From NCBI RefSeq assembly GCF_947503415.1, contig NZ_CANNDS010000006.1, positions 10,562 to 74,561 on the forward strand: a DNA stretch of 64,000 bases, written 5' to 3'. Position numbers and translations under genes: made by a program. The notes under the pieces are model-generated. The model did no database searches. It was not told the origin of the DNA and saw only the letters and a list, made by a program, of their open reading frames with translations. Of the stretch, positions 26,056-35,547 are shown in pieces (position 1 is the stretch's first letter; the number at the start of each line of letters is the position of its first letter). Origin of the DNA: an uncultured Tateyamaria sp. GTDB taxonomy: Bacteria > Pseudomonadota > Alphaproteobacteria > Rhodobacterales > Rhodobacteraceae.

Positions 26056-27476
26056 GTGCGCTCAAGCATCTCTCGCTCAAGGCCCTGCCTTTTGCTGATG
26101 CAGCGTCCGAAGACCTGCCAATGGGCCAGCTTCTGCGCCTGTCGCTGTTCCAGGTGTCGGTCGGCATGGCCTCGGTCATGCTGCTTGGCACCCTCAACCG
26201 CGTGATGATCGTGGAACTGTCAGTGCCCGCCATGATCGTCGCCGTGATGATCGCGCTGCCTGTCCTCTCGGCCCCGTTCCGCGCGCTTCTGGGCTTCCGG
26301 TCAGACACGTATCGGTCGGCCATCGGGTGGAAGCGCATCCCATACATCTGGTTCGGCGCATTGTGGCAGTTCGGCGGCCTCGCCATCATGCCCTTTGCCT
26401 TGCTCGTGCTCGGTGGCGACACGGTCCACGACATTCCTTTTGCTGGCGAAGTGCTGGCGGGGCTTGCCTTTCTCATGACGGGCCTCGGCATCCACATGAC
26501 ACAGACGGCGGGCCTGGCGCTTGCCAGCGACCGGGCCACCGACGAAACGCGCCCCCGCGTCGTGGCCATGCTTTATGTCATGTTCCTCGTCGGTATGGGC
26601 ATCTCCGCCCTGATAATCGGTGGAATACTCAGCAATTACAGCAGCTTGACCCTGATCCGCGTGGTGCAGGGCTCCGCCGTTGTGGGCGCGGTCCTCACCT
26701 TCATTGCGCTCTGGAAACAGGAAAGCGTGACGCCCATGAGCCGCGCCGAACGCGAGGCCCCCCGCCCGCTCTTCCGCGATGCCTGGAACGATTACGCCGC
26801 AGGCGGCAAGGCCGGGCGGCTTTTGGCCTGCGTCTTTGTCGGCACCATGGCGTTCAACATGCAGGATGTGCTGCTCGAACCGTATGGCGGCGAAATCCTC
26901 GGGCTGTCTGTGTCGGCCACCACGATCCTCACCGCCCTCTGGGCCGCAGGGGCGCTTACGGGGTTCATCTGGGCCGGGCGGCGTCTGGCCAAGGGGTCGA
27001 ACTCCTACCGCCTCGCAGGCGGGGGCATCCTTGCAGGCATCTGGGCCTTCTCCCTCGTGATTTTTGCCGCCCCCATGCAGGCCAACGTCCTCTTTTACGC
27101 AGGGGCCACGCTGATCGGCTTCGGCGGCGGCCTCTTTGCCGTATCAACGCTCACTGCCGCCATGGCCATGCCAGCCAAAGGGGTCGCCGGACGCGGCCTC
27201 GCCCTTGGCGCTTGGGGTGCCGCTCAGGCCACCGCCGCAGGAGTCGCCATCGCCCTTGGGGGCACGCTGCGCGACTGGATCGGCGGCATCGCCATGACCG
27301 GCGCCTGGGGAGACGGGCTTGCCAGTCCCGCCACCGGGTATTCCTTCGTTTATCATACCGAGATTGGCCTGCTCTTCGTCACTCTCATCATCCTGGGACC
27401 GCTTGTGCGCACTCCGGGTCCCCTTACCGAACGGAAGGACGTGACCCCACTGGGGCTTGCGGATTTCCCCACATGA
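26052..27476 (+). CDS. lhaA: LH1 assembly protein LhaA (PucC family)
   Basis: Internal ATG (MSALKHLSLKALPFADAASEDLPMGQLLRLSLFQVSVGMA) with an ATGA overlap with bchM. It is polytopic. Confidence 0.88.
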   Translation: MSALKHLSLKALPFADAASEDLPMGQLLRLSLFQVSVGMASVMLLGTLNRVMIVELSVPAMIVAVMIALPVLSAPFRALLGFRSDTYRSAIGWKRIPYIWFGALWQFGGLAIMPFALLVLGGDTVHDIPFAGEVLAGLAFLMTGLGIHMTQTAGLALASDRATDETRPRVVAMLYVMFLVGMGISALIIGGILSNYSSLTLIRVVQGSAVVGAVLTFIALWKQESVTPMSRAEREAPRPLFRDAWNDYAAGGKAGRLLACVFVGTMAFNMQDVLLEPYGGEILGLSVSATTILTALWAAGALTGFIWAGRRLAKGSNSYRLAGGGILAGIWAFSLVIFAAPMQANVLFYAGATLIGFGGGLFAVSTLTAAMAMPAKGVAGRGLALGAWGAAQATAAGVAIALGGTLRDWIGGIAMTGAWGDGLASPATGYSFVYHTEIGLLFVTLIILGPLVRTPGPLTERKDVTPLGLADFPT

Positions 27477-27501
27477 CCTTCTCCAGGAAAGGACATCTGT
27501 C

Positions 27502-28272
27502 ATGACCGAAACATTCTTTGGCGAATTCGACCTCGCGTCGCTGTCGCTCTGGCTGTTCTACATCTTCTTCTTCGGGCTTATCATCTGGATCCAACGCGAG
27601 AATATGCGCGAGGGGTATCCGCTGGAAGATGACGAGGGCAACGCCTCGTCCAATCCCGGTGTATTCCCGCTGCCCGAGGACAAGACATTCGATCTGCCCC
27701 ATGGCCGCGGCAAGGTCACAGTGCCGTCGGGCCAGACCCCGGAGCGCGCCGACATTCCGATGAAGCGCACAGGCCCCGGCAACGGCTACCCGCTGGAACC
27801 CACGGGCGATCCGATGCTGGACGGTGTTGGTCCGGCCTCTTGGGCCCCGCGCCGCGACGTGCCGGAACTGGATGGCCACGGCCACCCCAAGATCATCCCG
27901 ATGTCCGCCAATGACAGCTTCCGTTTTGCCACGGGCCGCGACCCACGCGGGCTGCCCCTGATGTCCGGCGATGGCGAGGTTGTGGGCAAGGTCACCGACA
28001 TGTGGATCGACGAGCCGGAGCAACTGGTCCGCTATCTCGAATACACGCTCGACGCCAAATGGGGCACGGGCAACCGCCTTGTGCCGCTGACACTCGCCCG
28101 GATCAAATCCGACCGGGTTGTGGTGCGCACGCTCTATGGCAAGCACTTCGCGACCGTGCCGCAGCACGCCAGCAGCACCCAGGTGACCATGCTCGAAGAA
28201 GAGAAGATCAGCGGTTACTACGGCGGCGGTGTTCTCTATGCCGACAGCAAGCGGCAAGAGCCGAAAATCTGA
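27502..28272 (+). CDS. puhA: photosynthetic reaction centre H subunit
   Basis: MTETFFGEFDLASLSLWLFYIFFFGLIIWIQRENMREGYPLE, the typical RC-H N-terminal TM helix, followed by a PRC barrel. Confidence 0.93.
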   Translation: MTETFFGEFDLASLSLWLFYIFFFGLIIWIQRENMREGYPLEDDEGNASSNPGVFPLPEDKTFDLPHGRGKVTVPSGQTPERADIPMKRTGPGNGYPLEPTGDPMLDGVGPASWAPRRDVPELDGHGHPKIIPMSANDSFRFATGRDPRGLPLMSGDGEVVGKVTDMWIDEPEQLVRYLEYTLDAKWGTGNRLVPLTLARIKSDRVVVRTLYGKHFATVPQHASSTQVTMLEEEKISGYYGGGVLYADSKRQEPKI

Positions 28273-28439
28273 TGGCTGACGCACGCGCCATATCCTGGCA
28301 AATCTCCGGCAAAGTCCGGAGCGTGGCGCGTGCGTTTCGCGACAAGGGACGCGCCCGACACTGGGTGGGCGCAGCCAACATGATTTCAGCGCGACCCACC
28401 GGCATCAAAGTGTCCCGTGGTTCGGAGCGAGACTCCACC

Positions 28440-28520
28440 AATGCGCCCTCCCGGGGGGAGGGTCGGGCGCGGCCCGGGGGTGAACCCCGGGCATACCAGC
28501 ACCAATGCAGGTCCCCCAGA
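28440..28520. repeat. structured GC-rich spacer / degenerate REP-like copy in the puhA-puhB gap
   Basis: There are two perfect hairpins, CCCTCCC-ggg-GGGAGGG (28446-28462) and GCCCGGGG-gtgaa-CCCCGGGC (28472-28492). The tail ccccgggcataccagcaccaatgcagg resembles the repeat family. Confidence 0.5.
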
Positions 28521-28542
28521 ACAGACAAAGGGAACGTGCGCC

Positions 28543-29175
28543 ATGTCCCATGATGATTTCGCAGTGGAGCCTGTCGAAGGGCTTCCCGAACGCCCCCCCG
28601 AGGGCGAACAGATCCTGTGGCAAGGCAGGCCTGATACTCTCGCCCTCGCCCGCGAGGCGCTGAACCTGAACTGGATCATCGGCTATTTCGTGTTGCTGGC
28701 CGGGTGGCGGTTCATCTCGGTCGTGGACCTGATGCCGCTGGGCCAGGCCATCGGGGCCACATTGCCCCTGCTGATCCTCGGCGCGGTTGTCTGCGGCATG
28801 CTCTACTTCATCGCGCTGATCCAGGCGCGGGCCACGATGTACACGATCACCACCTCCCGCATCGCCATGCGGATCGGGGCGGCGCTCACACTCACGGTCA
28901 ACCTGCCCTACCGCGAACTGGGCAACGCGGCCCTTGACCTGCGCAAGGGCGGCACGGGTACCATCGCGCTCGACACCACGGGCAACACCAAACTCAGCTA
29001 TCTCGTGCTCTGGCCCCATGCCCGGCCCTGGCGGTTCGGCAAAACGCAACCGGCCCTGCGCTGCATCCCCGACGCCGAAAACGTGGCCCGCATCCTCGCC
29101 GACGCGGCAGAGGCGCGGATCACCACACCGCAAATCACGCGCACCATGCCGCATGATGCGGTCGCGGCGGAGTAA
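28543..29175 (+). CDS. puhB: RC-LH1 assembly protein PuhB
   Basis: MSHDDFAVEPVEGLPERPPEGEQILWQGRP (PuhB-type N-terminus), with two or three TM segments. Confidence 0.85.
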   Translation: MSHDDFAVEPVEGLPERPPEGEQILWQGRPDTLALAREALNLNWIIGYFVLLAGWRFISVVDLMPLGQAIGATLPLLILGAVVCGMLYFIALIQARATMYTITTSRIAMRIGAALTLTVNLPYRELGNAALDLRKGGTGTIALDTTGNTKLSYLVLWPHARPWRFGKTQPALRCIPDAENVARILADAAEARITTPQITRTMPHDAVAAE

Positions 29176-29180
29176 CGCAG

Positions 29181-29648
29181 ATGTCTCACGCCGATAGCCC
29201 CCGCATCCACGCCAAGGAAGAAGAACTCGTCCCGCGCATCCTCATCCGCGCGGTCCTGGCCCTCCTGCTCATTATCCTGTCGCTGGTCACCATTGCCACA
29301 CTCACGGACCGCCCGCTGGAAAGCACGCCCGCCGAAACGCCGATCGTGGCGGAACGGGCCATCTTTCTCAGCGGTGACGCCTCAGGAGCAGCCCTTGTTC
29401 TGGACGCCAACGGCACGGTCCTTGCGGACTTTCCAGCGGACAAGGGCGGCTTTGTCGCCGGCATCGAACGGGTGCTGGTCCGCGAACGCGCCAAATCCGG
29501 CGCCGACGCCTCTGCCCCCGTGCTGCTGCGGCTGCGCGAGGGGAACCGCCTGTCACTTTACGACCCCGAAACCGACTGGACCGCCGAGCTGATGGGCTTT
29601 GGCGCCGACAATCTCCGCACCTTCGCCAGGTTGCTGAGCAAACCCTGA
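29181..29648 (+). CDS. puhC: RC-LH1 assembly protein PuhC
   Basis: 155 aa with a single N-terminal TM. Assigned from synteny (puhA-B-C). Confidence 0.8.
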   Translation: MSHADSPRIHAKEEELVPRILIRAVLALLLIILSLVTIATLTDRPLESTPAETPIVAERAIFLSGDASGAALVLDANGTVLADFPADKGGFVAGIERVLVRERAKSGADASAPVLLRLREGNRLSLYDPETDWTAELMGFGADNLRTFARLLSKP

Positions 29649-29668
29649 CCCAGAAAGGAAGCCACCTC

Positions 29669-29965
29669 ATGGGACTACTGACAAAGGACGTTGAACGTGC
29701 CCCGTGCACGGTTGAAATCAGCCACAAATTCGAAAGCCTGCACGCCCACGTGCGGTTCAACAACGGCGCCGTGATCTATCCTGGCGACGAAGTGCAGGTG
29801 AAGGGCCCCGAAATCATGGCCCCCTTCGGCGAAATCGTCACCGAAGACCGCGAGGCGGTGATCTTCCGCGCCTCCGCACTCGAACGGCTCTGGACCCGGC
29901 TCACGGGTGATTTCGAAATCATGGAGCTGTGCGAATTTTCCTTCTCCGAGGAGGTCACGCTATGA
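29669..29965 (+). CDS. conserved PGC-associated hypothetical protein (puhC-acsF ORF)
   Basis: 98 aa. Its stop overlaps the acsF ATG (ATGA). An ORF at this position is common in purple-bacterial PGCs. Confidence 0.65.
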   Translation: MGLLTKDVERAPCTVEISHKFESLHAHVRFNNGAVIYPGDEVQVKGPEIMAPFGEIVTEDREAVIFRASALERLWTRLTGDFEIMELCEFSFSEEVTL

Positions 29966-31074
29966 ACGTTCAAAACACCGACAAACACACCGCCGACGCC
30001 ACATCGGTCGAAGAAGGTCTGGCCATCGCCCAGAAACAGGACGAACAATTCACGTCCGAATTCGCGACCGAAACGGCAATGCAGAACACCCTGCTGACCC
30101 CGCGCTTCTACACCACCGACTTTGACGAGCTGGACGCCATCGACGTCTCCTCCGTCCGCGCGGATTGGGACAAGCTGATCGACCAGATGGAAAGCGACCC
30201 GAACAAAGGGCATTTCAAGAAAAACGAAGACTGGGACACCGTCGATTGGGACGGGATGGAGCCGGAACTGAAAAAGGAATTCATCGACTTCCTGATCTCC
30301 TCCTGCACCGCCGAGTTTTCGGGCTGCGTGCTTTACAAGGAAATGAAACGGCGCGGCAACAACAAGGACATCACGCAACTGTTCCAACTCATGGCACGGG
30401 ACGAAGCACGCCATGCGGGCTTCATCAACGACGCCCTGCGCGAGGCTGGCTTGCGCGTGAACCTCGGCTTCCTGACGCAGAAAAAGAAATACACCTACTT
30501 CCGGCCCAAGTTCATCTACTACGCCACGTATCTGTCGGAAAAGATCGGCTACGCCCGCTACATCACCATCTTCCGGCACCTGCAGGCGCATCCCGAACAC
30601 CGCTTCCACCCGATCTTCAAGTGGTTCGAAGAATGGTGCAATGACGAGTTTTCGCATGGTGAGGCCTTTGCCCTCCTGATGAAAACGGACCCGAAACTGA
30701 CGCGCGGCCTCAACGTGCTGTGGATCAAGTTCTTCCTGACGGCCGTCTACGGCACGATGTATGTGCGCGACCACCAGCGCCCGGCCTTCCACAAGGCCCT
30801 TGGCGTCGATCCCGACTGGTACGCGCACGAGGTGTTCACCAAGACCTCGGCCCTGTCGGAACAGATCTTCCCGATCACGCTGGATATCGACCACCCCCGC
30901 TGGCAGCGCGGCCTCGAACGGCTGCAACAGGCCAACGCGGATATGGCCGATGCAAAGGGTCTGAAAAAGCTGGGCGCACAGATCCGTGCGGCGGCAGCCT
31001 TCGTGTCGCTCTATACGATCCCGGCGAAAAAGCACGTGGTGCCCGCAAGCACTCGGTTGGAGCCTGCGTATTGA
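29962..31074 (+). CDS. acsF: aerobic Mg-protoporphyrin IX monomethyl ester oxidative cyclase
   Basis: Di-iron motifs: LISSCTAEFSG, ARDEARHAGF and NDEFSHGEAF. Confidence 0.95.
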   Translation: MNVQNTDKHTADATSVEEGLAIAQKQDEQFTSEFATETAMQNTLLTPRFYTTDFDELDAIDVSSVRADWDKLIDQMESDPNKGHFKKNEDWDTVDWDGMEPELKKEFIDFLISSCTAEFSGCVLYKEMKRRGNNKDITQLFQLMARDEARHAGFINDALREAGLRVNLGFLTQKKKYTYFRPKFIYYATYLSEKIGYARYITIFRHLQAHPEHRFHPIFKWFEEWCNDEFSHGEAFALLMKTDPKLTRGLNVLWIKFFLTAVYGTMYVRDHQRPAFHKALGVDPDWYAHEVFTKTSALSEQIFPITLDIDHPRWQRGLERLQQANADMADAKGLKKLGAQIRAAAAFVSLYTIPAKKHVVPASTRLEPAY

Positions 31075-31141
31075 AGCACTCGGGCCGCATAACAGAGATT
31101 TTTCGGACGAAAAATCTTGGCCCGTTGCGGGCGGTTGCGCC

Positions 31142-31951
31142 ATGACCCCATGGATCGCCGCCCTCATCGCGCTCTTCATCTGGTGGTTCTCCACCGGAAC
31201 CATCCTGATGGCGGTCAAATACGCCGACCGCTCAGGGACAAGGGCGCGGCGCACAACCACATGGGCGGCCCTGCCGCTCATGGCCCTTGGCGCGTACGGC
31301 ACCTGGTGGTCCATGACCCAAACCGACATCCTCGGCACCTACGTGGCCTTCCTGTCGGCGCTGGCCCTCTGGGGCTGGATCGAACTGGCGTTCCTCACGG
31401 GCATCATCACCGGCCCCAACCGTATGGCCCTGCCGCCCCATGTCCCCGCATGGGAACGGTTCATCCGCGCATGGGGCACGGTGGCGTATCACGAGATGCT
31501 GTTGACCGCGACGCTGATCATCCTCGGCCTCGCCCTCTGGCACGCGCCCAACCCGTTCGCGTTCTACACCTTCGCGGTGCTCTTCTTTGCGCGCATCTCG
31601 GCCAAGCTGAACCTCTTCTTCGGCGTGCCCCGCATCCATGTGGATTTTCTGCCCGAAGCCCTCGCCCACCTGCCCAGCCACTTCCGCACCGCAGGCATGA
31701 ACTGGCTTTTCCCCATCTCGGTCACGGCGCTTACCTTCGCGGCGGCCTGCTGGCTCGAACGGCTCTATGCCGCAGACACCATGGGCGCAGTGACGGGCTT
31801 TGCCCTGCTGACCGCCCTCACGGCCCTTGCGGCCCTCGAACATTGGGTGATGGTCCTTCCCATCCCCGACGAACGGCTCTGGCGCTGGATGCTGCCTGCG
31901 CCCAAACCCACCAAAAACACGACACCACAAGGGGGACATCATGGACTTTGA
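31142..31951 (+). CDS. puhE: photosynthetic complex assembly protein PuhE
   Basis: Internal [26 protein letters not shown]. It is polytopic and overlaps the hemA start. Confidence 0.85.
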   Translation: MTPWIAALIALFIWWFSTGTILMAVKYADRSGTRARRTTTWAALPLMALGAYGTWWSMTQTDILGTYVAFLSALALWGWIELAFLTGIITGPNRMALPPHVPAWERFIRAWGTVAYHEMLLTATLIILGLALWHAPNPFAFYTFAVLFFARISAKLNLFFGVPRIHVDFLPEALAHLPSHFRTAGMNWLFPISVTALTFAAACWLERLYAADTMGAVTGFALLTALTALAALEHWVMVLPIPDERLWRWMLPAPKPTKNTTPQGGHHGL

Positions 31952-33155
31952 TGTACTGTTCCAAAGCCAAATCGACGCGCTGAAAGAGGAGGGGAACTAC
32001 CGCATATTTGCGGAACTCGAACGCCAGGCCGGTGCCTTTCCCAAGGCCAAATGCCATGACGAAGACGCCCCCGATCAAGTGACAGTCTGGTGTTCGAACG
32101 ACTATCTGGGCATGGGCCAGCACGAAAGCGTCATCCAGTCGATGAAGGACGCCGTGGACCTCTACGGCGTGGGCGCAGGCGGCACACGCAACATCTCGGG
32201 CACCAACCACGCCCACAAGCTGCTCGAGGCCGAGCTTGCCGACCTGCACGGCAAGGAAAGCGCGCTGCTGTTCACCTCCGGCTACGTCTCGAACTGGGCG
32301 GCCCTCGGCACCCTTGGCGCACGGCTGCCTGACGCGGTGATCCTCTCAGATGAGCTGAACCACGCCTCCATGATCGAAGGCATCCGCCACTCACGCGCAT
32401 CCAAGGTGATCTGGAAACACAACGATCCCGAAGACCTCGATCGCAAACTGGCCGCCCTGCCCGCCAACGCGCCCAAGATCGTGGCGTTCGAATCCGTCTA
32501 CTCCATGGATGGCGACATCGCACCAATCGCGGAAATCCTCGACGTCTGCGAAAAGCATGGCGCGATGAGCTATATCGACGAAGTGCACGCCGTCGGCATG
32601 TACGGACCCCGCGGTGGCGGCGTGGCCGAACGCGAAGGGCTGATGGACCGGATCACCCTGATTGAGGGGACACTCGGCAAGGCCTACGGCGTCGTCGGCG
32701 GCTACATCACCGGTTCCGAGGCGATGTGCGACTTCATCCGCTCCTTTTCAAGCGGGTTCATTTTCACCACCGCCCTGCCCCCGGCCGTGGCGGCAGCGGC
32801 CCGCACCTCCATCCGGCACCTCAAGCAATCCGATCAGGAACGCATCGAACAGCGCAAGCGCGTCGCCTACCTGCGCAAGCGGCTGGACCAGGAGGGGATC
32901 CCGCACATGGACAACCCCAGCCACATCATCCCCGTGATGATCAAGGACCCGGTCAAATGCCGCATGCTGTCGGATTACCTGATGCAGCAGTACGGGATCT
33001 ACGTCCAACCCATCAACTATCCCACCGTGCCCAAAGGCACCGAACGGCTGCGGTTCACCCCCGGTCCACTGCACAGCACGGACGACATCGAACACCTCGT
33101 CATGGCGCTGAAAGACCTATGGAAACAGTGCGCTATTGCCCATGCGGTCGCCTGA
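31941..33155 (+). CDS. hemA: 5-aminolevulinate synthase
   Basis: 404 aa, PLP family ([17 protein letters not shown]). Confidence 0.95.
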   Translation: MDFDVLFQSQIDALKEEGNYRIFAELERQAGAFPKAKCHDEDAPDQVTVWCSNDYLGMGQHESVIQSMKDAVDLYGVGAGGTRNISGTNHAHKLLEAELADLHGKESALLFTSGYVSNWAALGTLGARLPDAVILSDELNHASMIEGIRHSRASKVIWKHNDPEDLDRKLAALPANAPKIVAFESVYSMDGDIAPIAEILDVCEKHGAMSYIDEVHAVGMYGPRGGGVAEREGLMDRITLIEGTLGKAYGVVGGYITGSEAMCDFIRSFSSGFIFTTALPPAVAAAARTSIRHLKQSDQERIEQRKRVAYLRKRLDQEGIPHMDNPSHIIPVMIKDPVKCRMLSDYLMQQYGIYVQPINYPTVPKGTERLRFTPGPLHSTDDIEHLVMALKDLWKQCAIAHAVA

Positions 33156-33194
33156 CGGGGAAATCCCGCGCAGAATTCCCCCCAATCCTTGGAT

Positions 33195-33218
33195 CAAGTC
33201 AAAGTTACTGTTGACTTG
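33195..33218. promoter_or_regulatory. inverted repeat CAAGTCAA-N8-TTGACTTG upstream of cycA
   Basis: Perfect 8-bp arms about 50 nt upstream of the cycA ATG. The cognate regulator is unknown. Confidence 0.4.
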
Positions 33219-33267
33219 ACCGCCAAGCCGCTACGTTCTGACCCAAGAACTTCTGAAGGAGAGACAT

Positions 33268-33717
33268 ATGTTCCGCACCCTAGCCATCGCAGCCGCGACA
33301 GCCACACTGGCCGCACCTGTATTTGCAGACGGCCACGCTTCGGGCGATGCCGCCGAAGGTGAAAAAGCATTCCGCCAGTGCATTTCGTGCCACGTCGTCC
33401 AGAACGAAGCGGGCGACACATTGGCCGGGCGCAACGCCAAGACCGGCCCCAACCTCTACGGTATCGTCGGTGGTCAATTCGGCATGGTCGAAGATTTCCG
33501 CTATTCCGACATCAACCAGCTGGCCGCCAGCATGGAAGGGCTTGAGATCACGGAAGAGGTGTTCGTGGCCTACGTGCAGGACCCCACCGCCTACCTGCGT
33601 GAAGTCACCGGCGACAAGGGCCGCAGCAAAATGACCTACAAGGTCCGCAAGGAAGAGGATGCCGTGAACATCTACGCCTACCTTGCCTCCCTGCAGCCCG
33701 CGGACGAAGGCAGCTAA
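33268..33717 (+). CDS. cycA: cytochrome c2 (soluble class I c-type cytochrome)
   Basis: Signal peptide MFRTLAIAAATATLAAPVFA, haem motif CISCH, and a distal Met in SKMTYK. Confidence 0.9.
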   Translation: MFRTLAIAAATATLAAPVFADGHASGDAAEGEKAFRQCISCHVVQNEAGDTLAGRNAKTGPNLYGIVGGQFGMVEDFRYSDINQLAASMEGLEITEEVFVAYVQDPTAYLREVTGDKGRSKMTYKVRKEEDAVNIYAYLASLQPADEGS

Positions 33718-33741
33718 GCCGCCACCGCCTCAGATTTACGC

Positions 33742-33770
33742 AAAGGCCGTCGGTGATCCCGGCGGCCTTT
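33742..33770 (+). terminator. hairpin after cycA
   Basis: AAAGGCCGTCGG-tgatc-CCGGCGGCCTTT (1 mismatch), followed by a weak T tract. Confidence 0.55.
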
Positions 33771-33900
33771 CGCGTTTCCGGCAAAATGCCGCTGATGTGA
33801 CAGACGCGCCGCTGATTGTGAGGTCAAAGGACTGGACGCACGCGCACGGGACTGCATCTCTACCGCCAATCTTGGACCCTAAAAACCGGACACTCCCGCC

Positions 33901-35460
33901 ATGCCTCCCATGACCCGCCGCAGCGCCCTTGCCACTCTTTTGGCCAGTGTCGCCCTGCCATCGGTCGCACTGGCGCAAACAGCGGGCGAGCCGTTTTCCT
34001 TCGACACGCTCAAGGCGCGCATGCAGGCACGGGCCCAAGCGCCCGACACGCCCCCGCCACCGCTCGACAATTTCCTGCAAAATCTCACCTATGACGATTA
34101 CCGCAACATCTATTTCCGGCCAGAGGCGGCGCGCTGGTCGGACACCCCCCTGCCCTTCCACGTGTCGTCCTTCCACCCCGGCTGGCTGTTCAAGGAACCG
34201 GTGCAGATCTTCGAGGTGACAGACGGCACAGCCCGCCCCCTCACCTTCACCACGGACGATTTCGAATACCGCAACGACGTGGGCACACGGGTGCCGGACC
34301 ACGCCGAACTGTCCGGCATCGCGGGCCTCAAACTCACGTATCCGCTCAACGATCCCATGAAGTTCGACGAGGTGGTCACCTTCCTAGGCGCCAGCTACTT
34401 CCGGGCGCTGGGGCGCGGCAACAGCTACGGCCTCTCGGCCCGCGGCCTCGCCATCAACACTTGGCTTCAAGGCCCCGAAGAGTTCCCCCGCTTCTCCGCC
34501 TTCTGGCTCGAAAAACCCGCCGCGACGGACACGTCGCTGACCGTCTATGCCGCCCTCGACAGCGCGTCGCTCACGGGGGCCTACAAGTTCACGATCAGCC
34601 CGGGCGACGACACCACGATGGATGTCGAAGCAACGCTCTATTTCCGCGACAGCGTTCCGCAACTGGGCCTCGGCCCGCTCACCTCCATGTTCTACTTCGC
34701 CGAACATTCGGAACGGCATTTTGACGACTTCCGCCGCCAGGTGCACGACAGCGAAGCGCTCAAGATCATCCGCAAGGATGGCGAGGTCCTCCTCCGCCCC
34801 CTGAACAACCCACCACGGGTCAGCAGCTCTTACTTCAACGAACCCGACATGGCCCAATTCGGCCTCATCCAGCGGGACCGCACCTACGAAGATTACCAGG
34901 ACGCAGGCGCTCGCTACCACGACCGACCCTCGGTGATGATCGAACCGCTCAACGACTGGGGCGCAGGCACGGTGCGCCTTGTGGAAATCCCCGCCGATCT
35001 GGAAATCGACGACAACATCGTCGCCTTCTGGGTGCCAGAAACGCCCCCACAAGCCGGAGAGACGCGCTCCTACGCTTGGCGGATGCACTGGGGCGACCTG
35101 CCCCCCTCAGGCGCGTTGGCATGGGTGCAAGGCACGCTCGCAGGCATTGGCGGCCCTTCGGGCGTCCCGCTGGACAATCCAAACCTGCGCAAGTTCGTGG
35201 TCGACTTCCAGGGCGGCCGCCTTGGCACCCTCGCGGAAGACGCAGACGTCACACCGGTCGTCACAGCCTCGGCCGGAGAGATCGCGGGCATCGTCCTGCA
35301 CAAGGTCAAAGACGCGGCAGTCCCGACATGGCGGCTCTTCATCGACATCGACGGCGGCGACCACGACCTGATCGAACTCACCGCCCACATCGCGGACGAC
35401 ACGCAAAAACTGTCGGAAAACTGGCTCTTCCAATGGCTGCGCGATGACGCGCCCACCTAA
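33901..35460 (+). CDS. opgG: periplasmic glucan biosynthesis protein (OpgG/OpgD, MdoG family)
   Basis: 519 aa with a Tat-like signal MTRRSALATLLASVALPSVALA. It looks MdoG-like throughout by recognition. Confidence 0.8.
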   Translation: MPPMTRRSALATLLASVALPSVALAQTAGEPFSFDTLKARMQARAQAPDTPPPPLDNFLQNLTYDDYRNIYFRPEAARWSDTPLPFHVSSFHPGWLFKEPVQIFEVTDGTARPLTFTTDDFEYRNDVGTRVPDHAELSGIAGLKLTYPLNDPMKFDEVVTFLGASYFRALGRGNSYGLSARGLAINTWLQGPEEFPRFSAFWLEKPAATDTSLTVYAALDSASLTGAYKFTISPGDDTTMDVEATLYFRDSVPQLGLGPLTSMFYFAEHSERHFDDFRRQVHDSEALKIIRKDGEVLLRPLNNPPRVSSSYFNEPDMAQFGLIQRDRTYEDYQDAGARYHDRPSVMIEPLNDWGAGTVRLVEIPADLEIDDNIVAFWVPETPPQAGETRSYAWRMHWGDLPPSGALAWVQGTLAGIGGPSGVPLDNPNLRKFVVDFQGGRLGTLAEDADVTPVVTASAGEIAGIVLHKVKDAAVPTWRLFIDIDGGDHDLIELTAHIADDTQKLSENWLFQWLRDDAPT

Positions 35461-35473
35461 GCGCTGCGCCATT

Positions 35474-35540
35474 GGTTTCTTCTGACTGAAAATACCACGG
35501 GGGAGGTGCGCAGCACCGGGGGCAGAGCCCCCACCCACCT
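35474..35540. repeat. REP-like repeat (family copy e, reverse orientation) at the convergent opgG/mscS junction
   Basis: The reverse complement reads ...gggggctctgcccccggtgctgcgcacctcccccgtggtattttcagtcagaagaaacc. Confidence 0.55.
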
Positions 35541-35547
35541 CAAAAAG

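Noticed and set aside
28272-28553. 93-aa Arg-rich ORF between puhA and puhB
   Set aside because: Its composition (about a fifth Arg, with Gly/Pro/Ala) and its overlap with hairpin/repeat DNA suggest a spurious ORF, despite the TGATG junction with puhA.
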